Part shown: one piece after another, positions 12,351 through 26,436 of the stretch
Layout of the letters: every line of letters begins with the position of its first letter
How positions within the stretch are numbered: the stretch's first letter is position 1
Source: Eledone cirrhosa
Lineage: Eukaryota
Assembly: GCA_964016885.1 (NCBI GenBank)
Contig: OZ024745.1
Coordinates: 97,402,001-97,466,000, forward strand
DNA: 64,000 nucleotides
Direction: 5' to 3'
Notes under the pieces: model-generated
What the model was told of the DNA's origin: nothing
What the model saw: the letters and a program-made list of their open reading frames with translations, nothing else
The model's database searches: none
Position numbers and translations under genes: made by a program

Positions 12351-14600
12351 CGGCGTAGTCGGAGGAGGGGTTGTAGTTAAAGGCCTTCAACAACCATCGT
12401 GAATTGCAAGTCCTAGAAATGCCACATAACGATGATCACCGCTGTTCACTTTTCAGAACTCGGCCACGTCGTTGCTCTATGGTTTCAGTATTTCGTGCAA
12501 CAGCAGTGGCAGCGGCGTCCCTGCTTCGTCGAACGGCGCGTCGTCCTTCATCCTCTCGAGCGAAGTTCACGCCGACTGTCATCCTCCTCCGCCCTCGCAG
12601 CTGCCGTCTGCACAGAATTCTGTGAGAGACTGATCACAGTCGCATTTACATCTTCGGTGAGACGCCTTCGCTTAGACCTACTTGCATCATTAGATAATCG
12701 ACCAATGCATCATTAGATAATCGACCAATGCACCATTAGATAATCGACCAATGAAATTTCTTTTCTTGGGGGCATTGTTTTTAGAAAATTAACCAGGGAG
12801 AACGATAAATAGTGGACAAATAACGTTTAAGTAAGCAAATCTAAATACGGATATAAATTGTGAAAAAATGTGATAAATCTATATGATCTGAGAAAGTGGG
12901 TATGATTTGCAAGATTTTGTATACCAGTCAAATTTCAGGTTTTAAATTAAGGGCACCGCAGCATACGGACTACCTGTGATAAAGAAAATTAAATAGTTTG
13001 GCTACAGTGGTAGGTATATAAGTGTCAGTATGTTTGTTCAGTTCAAACATAGCAATAAGTAAGTACTAACCATTGAAAGGATACAGGCAAAAATGGCCGA
13101 AAAATCACAGCATGATAAACTGGAACCTTATGACCATAAACACATTAACTAAACCTCCTTTATGGTGACAAATGTTGAAGAAACATGCGGTAGCTTATGA
13201 GATCCTTGAGATCCATGTAAAAAAACCTACCACTTGTCAAAAGCCAAAAAAGAAGTGTGATCCTAGGTCGGATTTGAGCGATATATATACGAGTGATTTC
13301 GCTCAATGAACAAAACTCGAGTTGTCTGACTGGTTAGATAATACAAATAAGCGTGATGAAATCTACTGAACACAACTCACTGATATGTGGTTGGCCAGAG
13401 GTCGCCATTTCACACTTAATTGAGGTGCAATTAAACGGGGGAAACAACCGGGTGCAAAAACAAATCAATCATTCGCACAGTTTAGGCATGAGTGTGAAAT
13501 AGGACAATCCACACACAGTAGGCATTAAAATTTACACCTGGGTTAAATTGCGCTTTCTTGGTTAGGAGTGTGAAATGACGCCAAAGTTAAAGGAAAGAAA
13601 TTTAACTCCCCATTCCGCACTTAATTGTGGTGCAATTACACGGGGGAGACAACCGGGTGCAAAATTAAATTAAATCATCCTAAAGTTAACTAAACAAACT
13701 AAAGTTAAGTCAGGAGGATTTAAAAATTCGCAACTCCATTTGTAGGACATGAGTAACCGATGCGTCAACTTTCGTTTAAATTGACTTTTATTTCCAGAAG
13801 TTGAAATGCTTTGCTACGACCATAATATGAACTGTAAAAGTGGTCCAAAGGGGCTCACTGCCCTCCCTAGGTGGTTACCTTGCAAAATTCAAGTGATAAC
13901 GAATGTGTGGTGCTTTATCTTATGGCAGGCAATAACCATTTCGTTTAGATTTTGTAAGAATCAAGTATAAACTCCCGAGGTTATGGTGCTTTTTTATTGT
14001 GGCAGTTTGAATTTTTATAGGTTAATGAATTGGGCTCATTGTCCCCGAGAGGGTCCTCTTGCTGAAGTGAAATGAAAGTAAATGTGCCTCACTGTATCTT
14101 CATCTGTTGTACATGAATAACAACTAAGTCGAAATTCATCTTATTGGACTACCAATTATCGAAGCTATTACGCTTTATCATTACAATAGCCAAATTCAAT
14201 AAATGACTTGCCGGGGCTTACTGCCCCCTGGGGGTCCCCTTGCTTGTTCTGGGTATAGATAGTGTCTTCAACACCATCATTAGACAATGGGTAACCAATG
14301 TGTCCGGTAAAGTTAAAATCGAACATAAACTTCAAAAGTTATCAGGTACTAATACAGTGTTAATGTGAACTTCAATAGATAAGTCGAAGGGGCTTACTAC
14401 CAATTATCGAAGCTATTACGCTTTACCATTACAGTCGATGTACGGAAAAATAAAATAGCCTACGACACGAAATAGGACTTCAGAAACCTATGTCTGAAAT
14501 TTGATGCAAATCGGTTGTAAAATGTAGAAATGCATGCGGTTACACAAACAGATAGAGAGACAGACAGATAGACATCTGTTTTTTTTATATATATATATAA
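12351..14600 (-). mobile_element. 3'-truncated Helitron copy; inverted duplicate of 20169-22411
   Basis: Colinear reverse complement with only scattered differences; ORF-track peptides 12432-12716(+) and 22046-22330(-) are nearly identical. Confidence 0.95.
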
Positions 14601-14604
14601 TATA

Positions 14605-14636
<32 letters not shown>

Positions 14637-14866
14637 CAGATCAGAGCAAACAGCACGGACACTCTATCTCAAAATTATTTTTGAAAAGCATTTAGAAATG
14701 CGCAACCGGTAAAAACTTAGAAACTTAAAACCACAACTGAATACTAACCCATACAATCACTAATACTCTTTTATTCCTAATTAAACCATTTTTCAACTGT
14801 GAACAATTTGTCAGCATTTTCTATTCCGTTTACCAATATATATATATGTATGTATATATATATATA

Positions 14867-15320
14867 TGTCGGGTCACTCTTGAGTGCGGCTGGTAACATG
14901 TAACCCAGTACAACCTGTCGCATGGTCGGGTCGTCGGCGACTAAACCGTCAACCCCATCAAGTTTACTTGGTGAGGGGGGTGATTTTGGACACCCTGCAG
15001 GATAAAAAAAACATGGGTGCATGTGTCTGTATATGCGTGAGGACATAGAAATAGTCAGGCTGGGCACCCGATCACGCGGTTAAACCACTGGGAGTGAAGG
15101 AACCCTAGCCTTTGTCAGAGCATTCTTCTAGGAGAAGGCAACTCAGGAAACTGGGATAACTCCGATATAAAACATGCGGCTCAGTGATTACCGATGATGT
15201 TGATCTTTTCTTCTTTTCGGGTTATAGCTACTGTCGCTCAGAGAGTGGGATTGGCTCAGTGCACAGTCTTTCCTTGCTTTAAAAAAATATCTTCACGCAC
15301 AGGCATTGCACGATAGAATT
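14867..15320 (+). mobile_element. RTE-like LINE 5' UTR fragment
   Basis: GC-richer island between (TA)n tracts containing TCTAGGAGAAGGCAACTC and GGCGACTAAACC, motifs I recognise from RTE 5' regions; no ORF. Confidence 0.4.
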
Positions 15321-15384
15321 AATTAATAATTATTAATAATGGTATATCGTGTAATGGCCTATACTAGATAACGAGGGGGCAGCC

Positions 15385-15448
<64 letters not shown>

Positions 15449-15622
15449 TGGTTACACAACAGTTAGTTCACCATACCGAGAACAATTGTTTCACCTTCGC
15501 GGATCATATGATTCCAGTTCCTCAGTGAAACAACAACCCAACCAGGAACTGGGCATATCAGAGTATTGACAAAGTTAAACACCTCAACAACATGTGTACT
15601 CGTCTCTCCCACAATAATTCGG

Positions 15623-15677
15623 ACTGCCTGAAGAGATCACAACCAAAGATGGCTGTCACCGAAATATATATAGCAGT
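15623..15677 (+). ncRNA. Type I hammerhead ribozyme-like motif
   Basis: Stem I ACTGC/GCAGT, core CTGAAGA, stem II with 3 mismatches, GAAA-TATATA-TA; AATAAA follows immediately. Confidence 0.7.
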
Positions 15678-15868
15678 AATAAACGAAGCCAAATTTTAAA
15701 CATTTGACTTATTTATTTTATTTTATTTTACATTACTCCGGAGTAACCAAACCAACCTGCGCACTTCGTCGAGTGCTCCAATCTGCATACTGAGCTGTTG
15801 GTATACAACCAACATATACTCAAAAAATATATATATATATAAACATATGTATACATACATATATATAC

Positions 15869-16030
<162 letters not shown>

Positions 16031-16407
16031 GTGTATGTGTTTATGTATATATGTATATTGTGTGTGTGTATGTGTGTGTGGATATATATATACATATATA
16101 TATACATGTATATATGCGTGTATATAAATATATATACATAAGGTATGTGTGTGTGTGTATGTCTATATATGTGTGTGTTTATGTATGAGTGTGTACATGT
16201 AGTTGATGCGTTTATATACCTATGTAAGTGTGTATTTGGATATACGTATAGATGCGCGCAGGGTTTTTTTTTATATGTGTGTGATGTATGTATATTTAAA
16301 TGTGTGTGTACATGTATATATATTTTTTTCGTTATAAGTTATTTTAACTCAGCCACACTTTTATGTTTAATAGATATTAATTTCAAATCTTATATCCAAA
16401 TCTTATA

Positions 16408-16467
16408 TCATCTGATGAAGGAGCTGGACGTTTCTGTAAGGATCGTCTAGTTTCCTGAAGCCTTTGG
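16408..16467 (+). ncRNA. Degenerate hammerhead-like motif
   Basis: CTGATGA, long stem II (GGAGCTGGACG/CGTCTAGTTTCC), then GAAG in place of GAAA. Confidence 0.4.
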
Positions 16468-16500
16468 TTATGGAATAATTATATTGGGTTGTTTATTATG

Positions 16501-16553
<53 letters not shown>

Positions 16554-17188
16554 GGAATGAGAAATGGCGTGCTGCGTTGTTGCGAATGTGATACATATGA
16601 ATTAAAAAATAGAACAAGAAGCCAGGACTATCCATCATCAGTGATCTTCTGGCCATCATAGGTATTTCTTCGCATTAAAGATCAGATACCTTAAGCCAGC
16701 GCGAACAATAACTAAAATAAGTTATTGGGATAAAAAGAATTGGGTGGAGAAAGAGAGACATGTAAACAAACAAAAATGGTTAAGCAACATAAAGAAAGGA
16801 AAAATGAGAAAACAAGTCAGTGATACATGTGAACATAAGATCTAGCGAATCATTGACGAGAAGACGAAAGATACGTCTTGGCCATGCGAAATGTGAGCGA
16901 GAAAAGAATTCCACACGGTGTTGGACGGGAGGAAGTGAAAGAGGGTGAGTAGCAGAGAGTATATATATATAGAATATTTAAGTATCGTGAGAGAGAAGAA
17001 GAGGTTTAAAGGGATAAGCGATACATATAGTTAGTTGCCAAAAGGTTGTGCATTTGTGCTCAATACTTGTGCCTACAGGGTTAAATATTGGAAGCGTTAA
17101 TATTTAGCGGGCGAGAAAATAAGCAGAGCGGTTACAAATGAAAGGATTACAAAGGAGAATATATACTGTCAGAACACGTTTATATAAA

Positions 17189-17230
17189 GCACCTACGTAC
17201 GTTTCGCCCTAAAAGGGCTTCTCATGGGCA
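17189..17230 (-). ncRNA. Variant minimal hammerhead in the inverted pseudo-LTR
   Basis: Minus strand TGCC CATGAGAA GCCCT TTT AGGGC GAAA CGTACG TA GGTG. Confidence 0.55.
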
Positions 17231-17488
17231 TAGAAAACTAAAGATTGTTCAGTGGAGGACCCAGAAAGGGTTTTAAAGTAATAAATATATCAAAGTTCAT
17301 TCTTAGTTCAAACATACACATTGTTATTGTCACAGAGCAACGGGAGTAACTCTGGCCGGTGTTTGAATAATTGTCCCCAAAGGGCTTATTATCCGTTCAC
17401 ATGATGGTGGTTTTCCATTACTAATTTGTGGGTGCTACTTTACCATTGTCAATTCGGGCAGGGTCTGAGATGCATAGTTGGTGTACAG

Positions 17489-19415
17489 GGCTCCCTTTGG
17501 ACCAGAACCAACCGTCCTGATAACTTCGATATCACGATGGGGTCCAGTGACTCAGTGCAAGTGACCGACCTGGTTGGAATATACCTCATCCATAGACTTA
17601 GGGACGAGATACCGGTCCTGCAAGGTGTATATAGGGACGACGCCCTATTTACCGTTAGAAACCATAGCCCCCGCAGGATAGAGAACCTTAACAAGCGCAT
17701 ACACAGGTTCTACAAGTCATACGGCCTATCCGTGACTATAGACCTCAACCACCAGATAGTCAACTTCATAGACGTGACGCTGGAGTTGGGTACGGGCCTG
17801 TACAAGCCATACCATAAGCCCGGTGAGATTCTATCATATATTAATTATGCAACCCAACCACCCTAAGTCTACTCTCAACTCCATAGTATATAGCATATCC
17901 CATAGGATCTCGAGGCTATCCGCCAACAAGGATATCTTCAACCAAGCGGCTGACTACTACAATAAAGCCTTGGTAGATGCCGGATATAACCGAAGAATCT
18001 CCTACATCCTTAACGCTAACTCTAGAAACCTCCCCCATCATAGGACTAATGTTATAGTAAGCCATACCTATAACCGAGTACGCAGCGGCCAAAGCAGAGT
18101 CAATAACTATAGTATAGAGAATCGCACTAAGAAACACGGCCGTAGCGTTAACTACACGAGTGGTGGTGTAGTAGACCTACCGCATAATAAGGGTCACGAT
18201 ACAGGCAACGTTAGCTGCTGTAGCCTACTAGAATAATTCCCTACCAATAATATTAACAATAGCGATGGCCTATTACCTACACCCTCCAACCAGCGTTTAG
18301 CTACACGTAAATGTAACGGAAGGAAGGCGAGTGCACCTGAGCATAAAGCGAAGGGGACGCGTAATAGGCTGCAGCACAGTAGCAACACTAATAACGGTTA
18401 CCTAGCCAACACGACCCGTAGCAAGCCCACAGCTACACGTAACCGCCACCGTAATGTCCTATGGTTCCATCCTCCCTACTCTTGGAGTGTGGCCTCCGAC
18501 TTACCCAGGATATTCTTCGAAGCCTTAGAGAAGAACTTCCTACCCAACCATAAATACAGGAAAAACCTCAATAAGAACAATATTAAAATATCCTTCTCTA
18601 CTACTCCTAACTTAGCAGACATCATAGGGATAACTAATTACAGTAAGATCACCAAAACACGGCACCTTATCACCGATACGTCTAGATTTGACAGCAACCC
18701 TAATAGCCTTAGCGTTTCCCTTGCAGCACCCAATAGTGTTGGCGGCAGCCCCAACAGACGCAACCGACATAACTGTGGAGAGACTGGGGAACATGCTGGT
18801 GACCTGTATGGGTCACGCGGCAGCCACAGAGGGCGCTGCGGCGTGCGGAGCAATAATGGTACTACCCCGCACGCCATAGGATATAATAGTGATAACTACA
18901 GAGATAGAGGCGGTGGCGTGAATAATAACATAGGTAGCAATAGTAATAGCTTGACTTCGGGCACCAGGAGTGACCGCATCCGAAAATTCAACTGTCAGGA
19001 CCGGGAAAGGTGCCCGCTTAGGGGAAGTTGCCTGACAGATAATGTTATTTATAGGTGCATCATAACTAGCCATAATAACGTTAAGCAGTATATAGGGGCC
19101 ACTTCTGGCCCGTTCAAAACTAGATTTCGAACACATCTCCACTCTTTTAGAAACAAGAAATTAAGACACTCCACGTCACTCGCCAATTACATCACAACGT
19201 TTAAAGACTCCAAAATCAGCTTCTCCACACACTGGGAAATTGTCAGCAGAGCAGCACCGTACAACCTCAAGAGGAAATGCGAGCTCTGCCTCATGGAACT
19301 TTACCATATCATAAGAGCACCCCTCGAGCTCATCAACAGCAGAGCAGAATCAGTGATAAACTGCAAACACAGAATACAGCAGTCCTTTTTTGGATGGAAA
19401 TCGACTGAGACATAA
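17489..19415 (+). pseudogene. PLE reverse transcriptase (C-terminal half) + GIY-YIG endonuclease; one frameshift (~17850) and one in-frame stop (18234)
   Basis: FDITMGS..., YRDD, NFIDVT, YKPYHKP, NHP..RISRLS, WFHPPYS, NC..RCPLRGSC, VIY..YIG, CELC..E, LINSR..CKH. Confidence 0.9.
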
Positions 19416-19723
19416 AAACCATAAACTTGGTCGCCCTGCACTAAACCATAACACTCCGGTGGGTAAGCTGCGCAAATAAACATCTGTACACCAACTATGC
19501 AATTCAGACCCTGCCTGAATTGACAATGGTAAAGTAGCACACACAAATTAGTAATGGAAAACCACCATCATGTGAACGGGTAATAAGCCCTTTGGGGACA
19601 ATTATTCAAACACCGGCCAGAGTTACTCCCGTTGCTCTGTGACAATAACAACGTGTATGTTTGAACTAAGAATGAACTTTGATATATTTATCACTTTAAA
19701 ACCCCTTCTTTTTTAGTTTTCTA

Positions 19724-19765
19724 TGCCCTTGAGAAGCCCTTTTAGGGCGAAACGTACGTAGGTGC
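19724..19765 (+). ncRNA. Variant minimal hammerhead in the 3' pseudo-LTR
   Basis: TGCC CTTGAGAA GCCCT TTT AGGGC GAAA CGTACG TA GGTG; palindromic stem III; non-canonical CUUGAGA core. Confidence 0.6.
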
Positions 19766-19922
19766 TTTATATAAACATGTTCTAACAGTATATATTCTCC
19801 TTTGCAATCCTTTCATTTATATATATATATATATATATATGAAATGTCAACATTTTTATCTAAAGACATTTTTTCCAATTCCATCCCGCTCGTCCCCTCA
19901 ATCTGTTTTATTTCTCCTTCTT

Positions 19923-19958
19923 TCTTCTGATGAAGGACTAGCGTCCGAAACGTTAAGA
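19923..19958 (+). ncRNA. Minimal type I hammerhead ribozyme
   Basis: Stem I TCTT/AAGA, CTGATGA-A, stem II GGAC-TAGC-GTCC, GAAA-CG-TT. Confidence 0.75.
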
Positions 19959-20039
19959 CTATCTTCCTGCTATATCAAGCGTTAACCTAATATATACCTT
20001 CCATATACTGTACCGATTGTGTTGTTATTTCTGTTTACC

Positions 20040-20165
<126 letters not shown>

Positions 20166-21986
20166 ATATTATATATATATATAAAAAAAAACAGATGTCT
20201 ATCTGTCTGTCTCTCTATCTGTTTGTGTAACCGCATGCATTTCTACATTTTACAACCGATTTGCATCAAATTTCAGACATAGGTTTCTGAACTCCTATTA
20301 CGTGTCGTAGGCTATTTTATTTTTCCGTACATCGACTGTAATGGTAAAGCGTAATAGCTTCGATAATTGGTAGTAAGCCCCTTCGACTTATCTATTGAAG
20401 TTCACATTAACACTGTATTAGTACCTGATAACTCTTGAAGTTTATGTTCGATTTTAACTTTACCGGACACCATTGGTTACCCATTGCCTAATGATGGTGT
20501 TGAAGACACTATCTATACCCAGAACAAGCAAGGGGACCCCCAGGGGGCAGTAAGCCCCAGCAAATCATTTATTGAATTTGGCTATTGTAATGATAAAGCG
20601 TAATAGCTTCGATAATTGGTAGTCCAATAAAATGAATTTCGACTTAGTTGTTATTCATGTACAACAGATGAAGATACAGTGAGGCACATTTACTTTCATT
20701 TCACTTCAGCAAGAGGACCCTCTCGGGGACAATGAGCCCAATTCATTAACCTATAAAAATTCAAACTGCCACAATAAAAAAGCACCATAACCTCGGGAGT
20801 TTATACTTGATTCTTACAAAAACTAAACGAAATGGTTATTGCCTGCCATAAGATAAAGCACCACACATTCGTTATCACTTGAATTTTGCAAGATAACCAC
20901 CTAGGGAGGGCAGTGAGCCCCTTTCGAGCACTTTTACAGTTCATATTATGGTCGTAGCAAAGCATTTCAACTTCTGGAAATAAAAGTCAATTTAAACGAA
21001 AGTTGACGCATCGGTTACTCATGTCCTACAAATGGAGTTGCGAATTTTTAAATCCTCCTGACTTAACTTTAGTTTGTTTAGTTAACTTTAGGATGATTTA
21101 ATTTAATTTTGCACCCGGTTGTCTCCCCCGTGTAATTGCACCACAATTAAGTGCGGAATGGGGAGTTAAATTTTTTTCCTTTAACTTTGGCGTCATTTCA
21201 CACTCCTAACCAAGAAAGCGCGATTTAACCCAGGTGTAAATTTTAATGCCTACTGTGTGTGGATTGTCCTATTTCACACTCATGCCTAAACTGTGCGAAT
21301 GATTGATTTGTTTTTGCACCCGGTTGTTTCCCCCGTTTAATTGCACCTCAATTAAGTGCGAAATGGCGACCTCTGGCCAACCACATATCAGTGAGTTGTG
21401 TTTAGTAGATTTCATCACGCTTATTTGTATTATCTAACCAGTCAGACAACTCGAGTTTTGTTCATTGAGCGAAATCACTCGTATATATATATCGCTCAAA
21501 TCCGACCTAGGATCACACTTCTTTTTTGGCTTTTGACAAGTGGTAGGTTTTTTTACATGGATCTCAAGGATCTCATAAGCTACCGCATGTTTCTTCAACA
21601 TTTGTCACCATAAAGGAGGTTTAGTTAATGTGTTTATGGTCATAAGGTTCCAGTTTATCATGCTGTGAATTTTCGGCCATTTTTGCCTGTATCCTTTCAA
21701 TGGTTAGTACTTACTTATTGCTATGTTTGAACTGAACAAACATACTGACACTTATATACCTACCACTGTAGCCAAACTATTTAATTTTCTTTATCACAGG
21801 TAGTCCGTATGCTGCGTTGCCCTTAATTTAAAACCTGAAATTTGACTGGTATACAAAATCTTGCACTTTATCAGATCATATAGATTTATCACATTTTTTC
21901 ACAATTTATATCCGTATTTAGATTTGCTTACTTAAACGTTATTTGTCCACTATTTATCGTTCTCCCTGGTTAATTTTCTAAAAACA

Positions 21987-24900
21987 ATGCCCCCAAGAAA
22001 AGAAATTTCATTGGTCGATTATCTAATGATGCATTGGTCGATTATCTAATGATGCATTGGTCGATTATCTAATGATGCAAGTAGGTCTAAGCGAAGGCGT
22101 CTCACCGAAGATGTAAATGCGACTGTGATCAGTCTCTCACAGAATTCTGTGCAGACGGCAGCTGCGAGGGCGGAGGAGGATGACAGTCGGCGTGAACTTC
22201 GCTCGAGAGGATGAAGGACGACGCGCCGTTCGACGAAGCAGGGACGCCGCTGCCACTGCTGTTGCACGAAATACTGAAACCATAGAGCAACGACGTGGCC
22301 GACTTCTGCAAAGTGAACAGCGGTGATCATCGTTATGTGGCATTTCTAAGACTTGCAATTCACGATGGTTGCTGAAGGCTTTTAACTACAACCCCTCCTC
22401 CGACTACGCCGTCCATGCAGATATTCAAATTGGGGAAATGACCTCTACTTGCCAGTTTTGTCGTATGAAAAGTGGCCAGGGGAGAGAGATGGAATGTGCT
22501 GTTCAAACGGTAAAGTTAGACTACCTCCTATTCATGACGCTCCAGAGACACTGCAACTCCTTTTGACAGACACGACGGAGGAATCATCGAAATTTCTGCG
22601 TAATATCCGCCGCTACAATTTCGCGTTTCAGATGACATCTTTCGGAGTAAAGCTTGCCTCGGAACGTGGGTTCATGCCAACTTTCAAGGTCCAGGGGCAG
22701 ATCTACCACTTGATTGGGTCTATTCAGCCTCTGGTAGAAAAAGATCCTCAATTTCTTCAGTTATACTTCGTTGGAAACTATCAGGGGCAGGCAGAGATGC
22801 GAAACTCTATTTCGACCGAAACTAACATTGAAACCATAATAAAACTTCAAGAAATGCTTCATGACAAAAACAGCTATGTTCGCAGTTTTAAGTACGCTTT
22901 AGAAACAGCCACCGACCCAAACTTTAGTGTGGTCATACATGCTGACCGAAGGCCATCTGGAGAACACGCTGGTCGGTTCGACGCACCAACATGTAATGAG
23001 ATTGCGGTTATTTGTGGTGAACAGTACAAGAGAGATATCATTCTAAAGCACCGAGACAGCGCATTACAGCGTATCAATGAGACATACAGGTCCTACGATG
23101 CACTCCAGTATCTATTACTATTTGTCAACGGCGAGGACGGTTACCATTTCGGCATTCCTCAACATTCAGCAGGCAATGGTGAGGCACATCTTAGCAAAAC
23201 TGTCACCTGCATGGATTTCTACGCTTTCCGATTTATGGTAAGGGACAATTCATTCAACCATCTACACCGTTCTCGGGACCTTTTCCAACAATTTGCTGTT
23301 GGTATGGCCGTTAAAATGGAGTCCGAGAGATTATGGTTCATTAAATTAAATCAAAAGAAACTTCGATCTGAATGCTACATTCATCTACGCGATGGAATTA
23401 ACAACGACTACCTCCAGACAATTTAGGGCAAGTGTGTATTTTGCCTTCAACGTTCACAGGGGGACCTCGATACATGCACGAGAGGACTCAGGACGCCATG
23501 ACTTACGTACGACATTATAGGCGCCCCGACCTTTTCATAACGTTTACATGCAATCTCAAGTGGAAGGAGATTACAAACGAACTGTTCCACAGTCAAGCGC
23601 CAAGACACAGGCACGATCTCATAGCAAGAGTGTTTCGCCTGAAATTATCCAAATTAATGGGTTTATTAAAGAAAGGACAGGTTTTGGGGCGAGTCAGGTG
23701 CGACATGTACATGGTTGAATGGCAGAAACGAAGGCTGCCGCATGCCCATATCTTGATTTTTTTTGGTTACAAAAATCAGTTCAAACTACCTCGACAAATT
23801 CATTTCTGCCGAACTACCTGATCCGTCGATTGACAAGGACCTCTTCTCTATAGTCACGTCAAACATGGTCCATGGTCCTTGCGGACATGGACTCAATATG
23901 AAGTCCCCGTGCATACACGACGGAAAGTGTACAAAACGATATCTCAGGCCGTTTTTCCAGGAAACACAGATTGGCGATGACGGATATCCGTTGTATAGGC
24001 GCAGGAGACCTGAAGACGGTGGGTTCAGAGCAAAATTCGGCGAACGCAAAATCGACAACAGCTGGATAGTGCCTTATTGCCCCCTTCTCTTGAAAGCGTT
24101 CAACGCTCATATAAACGTCGAATTTTGCAACTCAGTAAAATTAATTAAATACGTTTGTAAGTACGTAAACAAGGGATCGGATGCTGCCGTCTTTGGCCTT
24201 CGTCATGAAAACAGTAGAGATGAGGTATCTGACTACCAAGCAGGCCGATACATTAGCAGCAATGAAACCTTTTGGTGCATTTTTGGCCACCCACTGCACC
24301 AACGACACCCCGTCATTAAACAACTTGCCGTTCACCTTGAAAACGGTCAAAGGGTGTATTTCAACGATGCAACAGCTGCTCAGCAAGCGATCTCACCAAA
24401 GGAAACTACACTCACCGCTTTTTTTCAAACTTTGTCAACACGACGACTTCGCTCAAACTCTGCTGTATTCTGAAATACCGTCTTACTATACATGAAACCG
24501 GACAAAATGGCTACGAAGGAAGATAGGGCAAGAGGTGGTTGGACATCCAGACATCAAATTAGACAATTGTCTTGGGCGAGTTTATACGGTCCACCCTACC
24601 CAACACGAATGCTTCTATCTGCAACTTCTGATTCATGAGGGCCGACCAGCTTGACTCATCTGAGAACCGTCGATGGATACGCCTGCGGAACGTACAGAGA
24701 AGCCTGCTTGAGGCGTGGACTTTTATAAGATGACGCACAATGGGATGCAACCTTGACGGAATCTGCCGTCTCACAAGGGCACTTTTTGCTAACCTCTTGC
24801 ACGTCTGTGAATTGAGGGATCCTTACTCTTTATGGCAAAAGTTTAAAGATGATATCGCAGGAGAATATAGGCGTCTCGTTCAATTGCAATCTCCAAACTT

Positions 24901-26436
24901 AGATGTCGGCTTTTCAGATGCTATATATAACAGAGCTCTGATTGATATTGAAGACAGAGTGGCTTCAATGGGTGGAGATGTCTTAGAGAAATATGGGCTT
25001 CCGCAAACACTTCGAGATGCGCCATCTGACATTCCCAACGACATTATACGTGAAACGTTATATGATGTCGACGAACTCAAAAGGTATGTTGAAGAAAATG
25101 AACCAACATTTCTAATGGATCAAAAAACAAGCCTACAACATTGTCGTTGATTCCATCCGTAATCGGGGAGGGGGTATATTCTTCCTGGACGCACCTGGAG
25201 GCACGGGCAAAACATTTGTAATCAAACTTTTACTCGCTGCAGTGAGGTAACACGGAAACATCGCATTGGCCGTGGCTTCTTCCGGCATTGCAGCAACTTT
25301 GCTGCCTGGTGACAGGACGGCCCATTCTGCCTTCAGTCTTCCTCTCAACGTGGCATCATCTGAGACACCCACGTGCAACATAAGCAAATCTTCCGGAAAA
25401 GCACTGGTGTTAAAGCGCTGCCTACTAATTGTTTGGGACGAATGCACAATGGCCCACTAGGCGGCTTTCGAGACATTAGACGGATCACTCAGAGACATCA
25501 GGGACTGTCAAGAACCAATGGGAGGTGTCACTTTCCTCTTATGTGGGGACTTCCGCCAGACTCTGCTTGTAATCCCAAAAGGTATACGGGCTGATAAGGT
25601 TGGTGCATGCCTTAAGGCCTCCCCACTTTGCCGTTATGTAAGAAAGCTGACGCTTACAACAAACATGAGAGCACAACTGCAAGGTGATGAGACATCAGCG
25701 GGTTTTGCTGCTTGCATTTTGTCGTTGGGAGATGGCAAAGTCCCACTCGACGGAGACGGTGCAGCGGACCTCACAGGGATTTGCAGATGCGTTAAGTCAA
25801 TTGCTGAGTTAAGGACGTCTGTTTTTCCTAATCTTGAGGAGAACTACACAAATCAAGAGTGGTTGTGTCAACGCGCAATATTGGCTTCGATAAACCCACA
25901 TAGTTGGAAACATCAATGAACAGCTCATGCTGTGCTTGCCTGGAAACCTGAACGTATACAAGTCCCTTGACTCTATGGCTGATCCGGACAAAATTTTTAA
26001 TTACCCCACAGAATTTCTTAACTCCCTAGACCCTTCTGGATTGCCACCACACTTACTGCGACTTAAGAAAGGTGCCCCTGTCATGCTCCTCAGGAATTTG
26101 GAACCCCGAAGGCTTTCCAACGGTAAGCGTCTGGGCGTCAAAAGGCGATGCCTCATGTTATTGAGGCAACAATACTTACAGGATGTGGTAAGAGGGATAC
26201 TGTCTTCATACCAAGGATACCTCTCATTCCATCAGGTAAAGATATTCCTTTCACATTCAGAAGGATGCAAATCACAGGGTCAGACGCTGACGATCGTAGG
26301 GTTTAATTTGGAAGAACCGTGCTTCTCCCATGGTCAACTATATGTTGGCTGCTCTCGAGTGGGCAGCCGACATAACCTATTTGCTTTTGCAACTCGCGAA
26401 TAAACCCAAAATATAGTCTATAAGGAAGTTTTGTAG
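21987..26436 (+). pseudogene. Helitron RepHel transposase (HUH Rep + PIF1-like SF1 helicase), many frameshifts and stops
   Basis: CQFC..MCCSNGKV zinc motif; Rep motifs PDLFITFTCN, VEWQKRRLPHAHIL, YVCKYVNKG; Walker A DAPGGTGKT (~25188), IVWDEC, GDFRQ, KSQGQTL, FSHGQLYVGCSRV; ends NIVYKEVL*. Confidence 0.95.
22010..22079. repeat. 23-bp tandem triplication at the Helitron ORF start
   Basis: ATTGGTCGATTATCTAATGATGC x3; also present in the inverted copy (~12684-12752). Confidence 0.9.

Larger units (their letters stand above)
17136..19818 (+). mobile_element. Penelope-like retroelement, 5'-truncated, with inverted 5' pseudo-LTR
   Basis: 17136-17488 is the reverse complement of 19484-19818; RT and GIY-YIG lie between; the 3' end runs into (TA)n. 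Confidence 0.92.

Noticed and set aside
12404-12716. Duplicated 73-aa and 94-aa ORFs (also 22046-22358) as a small gene pair
   Set aside because: They are antisense readings of the Helitron N-terminal region
14867-14960. Twister or HDV-like ribozyme at the start of the RTE-like fragment
   Set aside because: Only simple hairpins could be formed; the required pseudoknot pairings were not found by eye
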